64,000 nucleotides of DNA, from the NCBI RefSeq assembly GCF_000143415.4, contig NW_003314305.1:1083974-1147973 (forward strand). The letters run 5' to 3'. The DNA is from Selaginella moellendorffii (Eukaryota > Plantae > Lycopodiophyta). The notes under the pieces were generated by a model that worked only from the letters and a program-made list of their open reading frames with translations, made no database searches and was not told the origin of the DNA. Shown piece by piece: positions 60,846-64,000 of this stretch (position 1 is the stretch's first letter; every line of letters starts with the position of its first letter). A program made the position numbers and the translations under genes.

Positions 60846-62640
60846 ATGGAGATCTCAAAAAAAGTCTGGGCCTTCGAAGAACATATTGGAGGATTGTCTC
60901 GTGGCTTTGTATTCAGGTAGTATAGCTAATTGTTTCCTGCAGCTTGATCAATCTTTTTGCAGCCATTTTTGCAGTCTTGGGGCAAATACGATTGGATGTA
61001 TGGTGTGTATTTCTTCTTTGGCTTGGTTGAGCTGACGAATAATCCGGCTGTAAAAGTGCAAAGGTGAGTAGATTTTTGGTTGTCATTCGGATTGATTCTC
61101 TTGCTGTACCAACGAGAAGTATAACTTCAACAAAAAGTTACAAAAATGCACTACTTTTCTGCGAAGTATTCAAAGGACTCGTCTGCTACGTATCCAAATG
61201 GGGAATACATCCATGGTCTGTTGTACATGCCTCGCGAGGAGTTTATGCTGCCCAACGTGAAAATGCGTGGCTCCGGTTTATGCGATCACTCGAAGCTCTT
61301 CGTTCAGAGCTTGATCTGAATCATTGTTGGAGACAGTGCTCTAGCTTGGACCGAGAAGAAGTTTGCAACATTATCAATGCCAGGAAAAGATTCAAAGATG
61401 ATCTCAAAGCTGCATTTTTTGGCAAGTATCCAGCTTCGTCTTTGAATGCTACTGATGAGGTCGATCTTGTAGTATCTTGTTGCGATCTAAGAAGTAAGCA
61501 GCGGAAGATTGATGTCCTTCCCAGCAAATACCACAGTTGTTTTATTGCAAACAATCCATTCGTTCGACTGCTTGAGGAACTGGCGAATCCTATTGCTGGT
61601 GACAAGATTGATTCAGATGCTTTGCGTGCTGCCATGGAAGAGATTATTGACGTATCACTGGACGCTGCAGTGTGAGACTCGACAATTCTATTGAATTCAT
61701 GCGTTTCCTTTTGTATCCCAAAATTTCTTGTGCAGTTCTGGAATCATGGTTCATGGAGCATTAACTCCGGACCTTTACAAAATCACAAAACCCAATACTA
61801 CAACGGCACCTCATTATTAACCAAAGTGGAACACCAAGGTTAGCTGGAGGCGATGATGATCATCTTGACTTACTAATTGACGCTGAAGTAAGTCTTATTC
61901 TTTCCACATTTTCCTTCGTCTTTTCTGTCTTGTCTTAAATGTTTTTGCAGGACGCAGATGACTCTGATGAAACTCAAACCGAGCATGGCTTCTGGGTCTT
62001 GGTTCGTGACAGAAGAGTTCAAGGATTAAGCAATCTTGTTACAGTTTTGAGAGTGGAGCGTACATTGAAGTTTGGAACGTTTAGCATGATAACTCTTTAA
62101 CCAGAATACTGCTACATCAAGCTGGAGCTTGTGTTTCCAAGAAGGATGGCAGTGCAAATATGAGAAGTGGTCGTTTTGCTCCAATCTTTCTGCAAGCTTG
62201 GGGCAACAACTGGATATATGTATTTTCTTTTCGGCATTGTCGAAGTGGGGAACAATCGAGTTGTGAAAGTGTGGAGGTGAGTATAACGTTTCTTTTCGCT
62301 GATCAAAGTTGCGATTTTTGCAATGAAACGATGGAACGAGTGCCATCCTTGAGCATTTTGTCGAAGTTCTCATCGCCCCTGCTAGGACTCATTGTAAGGA
62401 CTCGAGTGCTACGTATCCAGACGGGGAGCACGTCCATGGGATGCTTTACGTGCCTTGAAAGGAGTTTACGCTGAGTTCCTGGATCTGGTTCTAGCGATCA
62501 TACCAAGCTCTTCTTCCAGAGTTTGATCCAAATCGTTGCTGGAGATGGTCCTCTTGATTGGACTGAGAAGGATGTTCGCAAGATTATTGATAGCACGAAA
62601 GATGATCTCAAAGCTGGATTTTTTTCCGAAAATAATTGGT
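60846..62640 (+). pseudogene. Tandemly duplicated unknown gene (units about 60846-61900 and about 62147-62640), with at least the second unit disrupted
   Basis: Paralogous exons FLQSWGKYDWMY...GLVELTNNPAVKVQR and FLQAWGNNWIY...GIVEVGNNRVVKVWR share a GTGAGT donor. CYVS.....PW and KDDLKA.FF are repeated. Confidence 0.55.
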
Positions 62641-62948
62641 AGAACTTGATGGATCTGTTTATATTACAATGTGAATAGAAAATGATCGCTCGATATAAAT
62701 TCCAGAATCATGGAATTCAAAGCATTCGATTTTTCAAATAATAAACGTGGAAAGACAGAAAGGACAGTGGCATATTCTATAGAATATTTTGGAAATTAAA
62801 TTTAAGTTTAGCGATTAGGATAAGGCCAAAGCATTTCGCGAGGAATCCCAGCCGTCCGTTGTCGACGAGCGCGCTTCTTTTGTATAAATAGCTAGCTAGG
62901 AGCGGTTTGTTCTTGCGATGGTCGCAGCTCATCTGGATGCCGATCTCT

Positions 62949-63320
62949 ATCAACCTGCTCAAAGTCATCAGCCGACTTGCCACTCCTATTCGTTCTACCC
63001 AGAGAGTATTCGACGAAGCATAAACTCGCCAGACGCCTTACAGAAACGTGTCCAACGAAGATCGCAGGCCGTTGCTCCTCGTAGAGGCATCGCCAGTGGC
63101 AGCCGAGTCGGGGAATATGAAGCAGGAGGCGACAAATCACTGTCGCTCTTATCGAAGCAGCGAAACAAAGCATCTCCAAAGACAGCTCTAAAAGGTTTGG
63201 CTAAAGACATGAGCTTGATAGGTGCGGCATTCGACAAACCTCCAACAGTGAGCCAGCGACGAACAGAAAAGCAGGGAGACTGTAGAAAACACAAAGAAGC
63301 ATTCAGGGAAGCAGGCAATC
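62949..63320 (+). pseudogene. 3' part (last exon) of the second MSL copy
   Basis: Resumes at CAACCTGCTCAAAGTCATCAGCC, about 12 nt downstream in the parent gene of where the 58168 piece stops. Confidence 0.85.
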
Positions 63321-64000
63321 ATGCTGGCATCCTGGCGGAGCTGTTAGAGAACAATATTCATCAAGGTCCGAAGTCTGCTCGGATTTATCGGCATTCACTG
63401 AAGGCGACTTAAATGCCGTCAGCGATGATCAAGCAGAAGGTTGTGTACTGTTTGGAGCATCACTGGTCGATGGATATTACTGCGTGCCGGGATGAGATGC
63501 AACTCAAAACCATATAGTCTCACATTTATGATTCACATGGTTATAAATCTAAAGTTAATTATAATTGAATTTGTTGTGAATTTTCATAAATTCACTTCTG
63601 GGAGGCACGGTTGCGAGTCGCATTTCAGCTGCTGTTCCGGTCGATCCAGGTTGGAGCGCGCATTGCAGAGCACAAAATTCTTCCTCAAGCATGCACTCCT
63701 CCAAAGACTCACATTCCTACTGAACTTGGAGGGTTCTCGGCGAAGGCAATACTTCAGGAGACTCCGGTCACCAGGCCGCCAAGGAGAACGTAGAGAAGGA
63801 CAAAGAGCTGGAGACGAGAGGCCAGATCTACTGGTGTGGAAGAATGGTGCGGCTGACCAGAACGTTAAACCCGCTCAAAAATCTCAAAAGAACTAGAAAA
63901 TCAGGTACGTCAAACTCTTTCTTACTGACGATGAAGAATTTCCCGGGTAGTTTCTTACGATTCTCGCCGCTTTTCCAGATGCTATGGCTCTTACTTGATC

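Overview
Eukaryotic nuclear DNA from a compact plant genome. Very short GT-AG introns (about 45-70 bp), an axonemal SAXO-type gene, a PLS-type PPR relic and chromovirus retroelements suggest the lycophyte Selaginella (inference). 1-24.6 kb is gene-dense: a TH1-domain gene 3' end, a frameshifted F-box gene, SCAMP, a 2OG dioxygenase, an intronless Sec61-alpha copy with stops, SAXO, an intron-containing tRNA-Met, MSL2/3, MRS2 and a USP gene. It also holds four dispersed copies (two intact) of a small WWE + PARP-like gene that lacks the RST domain, the strongest novelty candidate. 25.5-54.4 kb is mostly nested transposons with readable TSDs: gypsy relics, a LARD-like element, a chromovirus, solo LTRs and a hAT element. 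Inside it is an intact-looking head-to-head pair of an orphan 4-TM protein and a secreted Cys/Trp-repeat peptide. 51-64 kb is a rearranged zone with Crinkler-like relics, a RING-TM gene and scrambled copies of the MSL gene. All calls were made by eye with no database searches; several N gaps are present.
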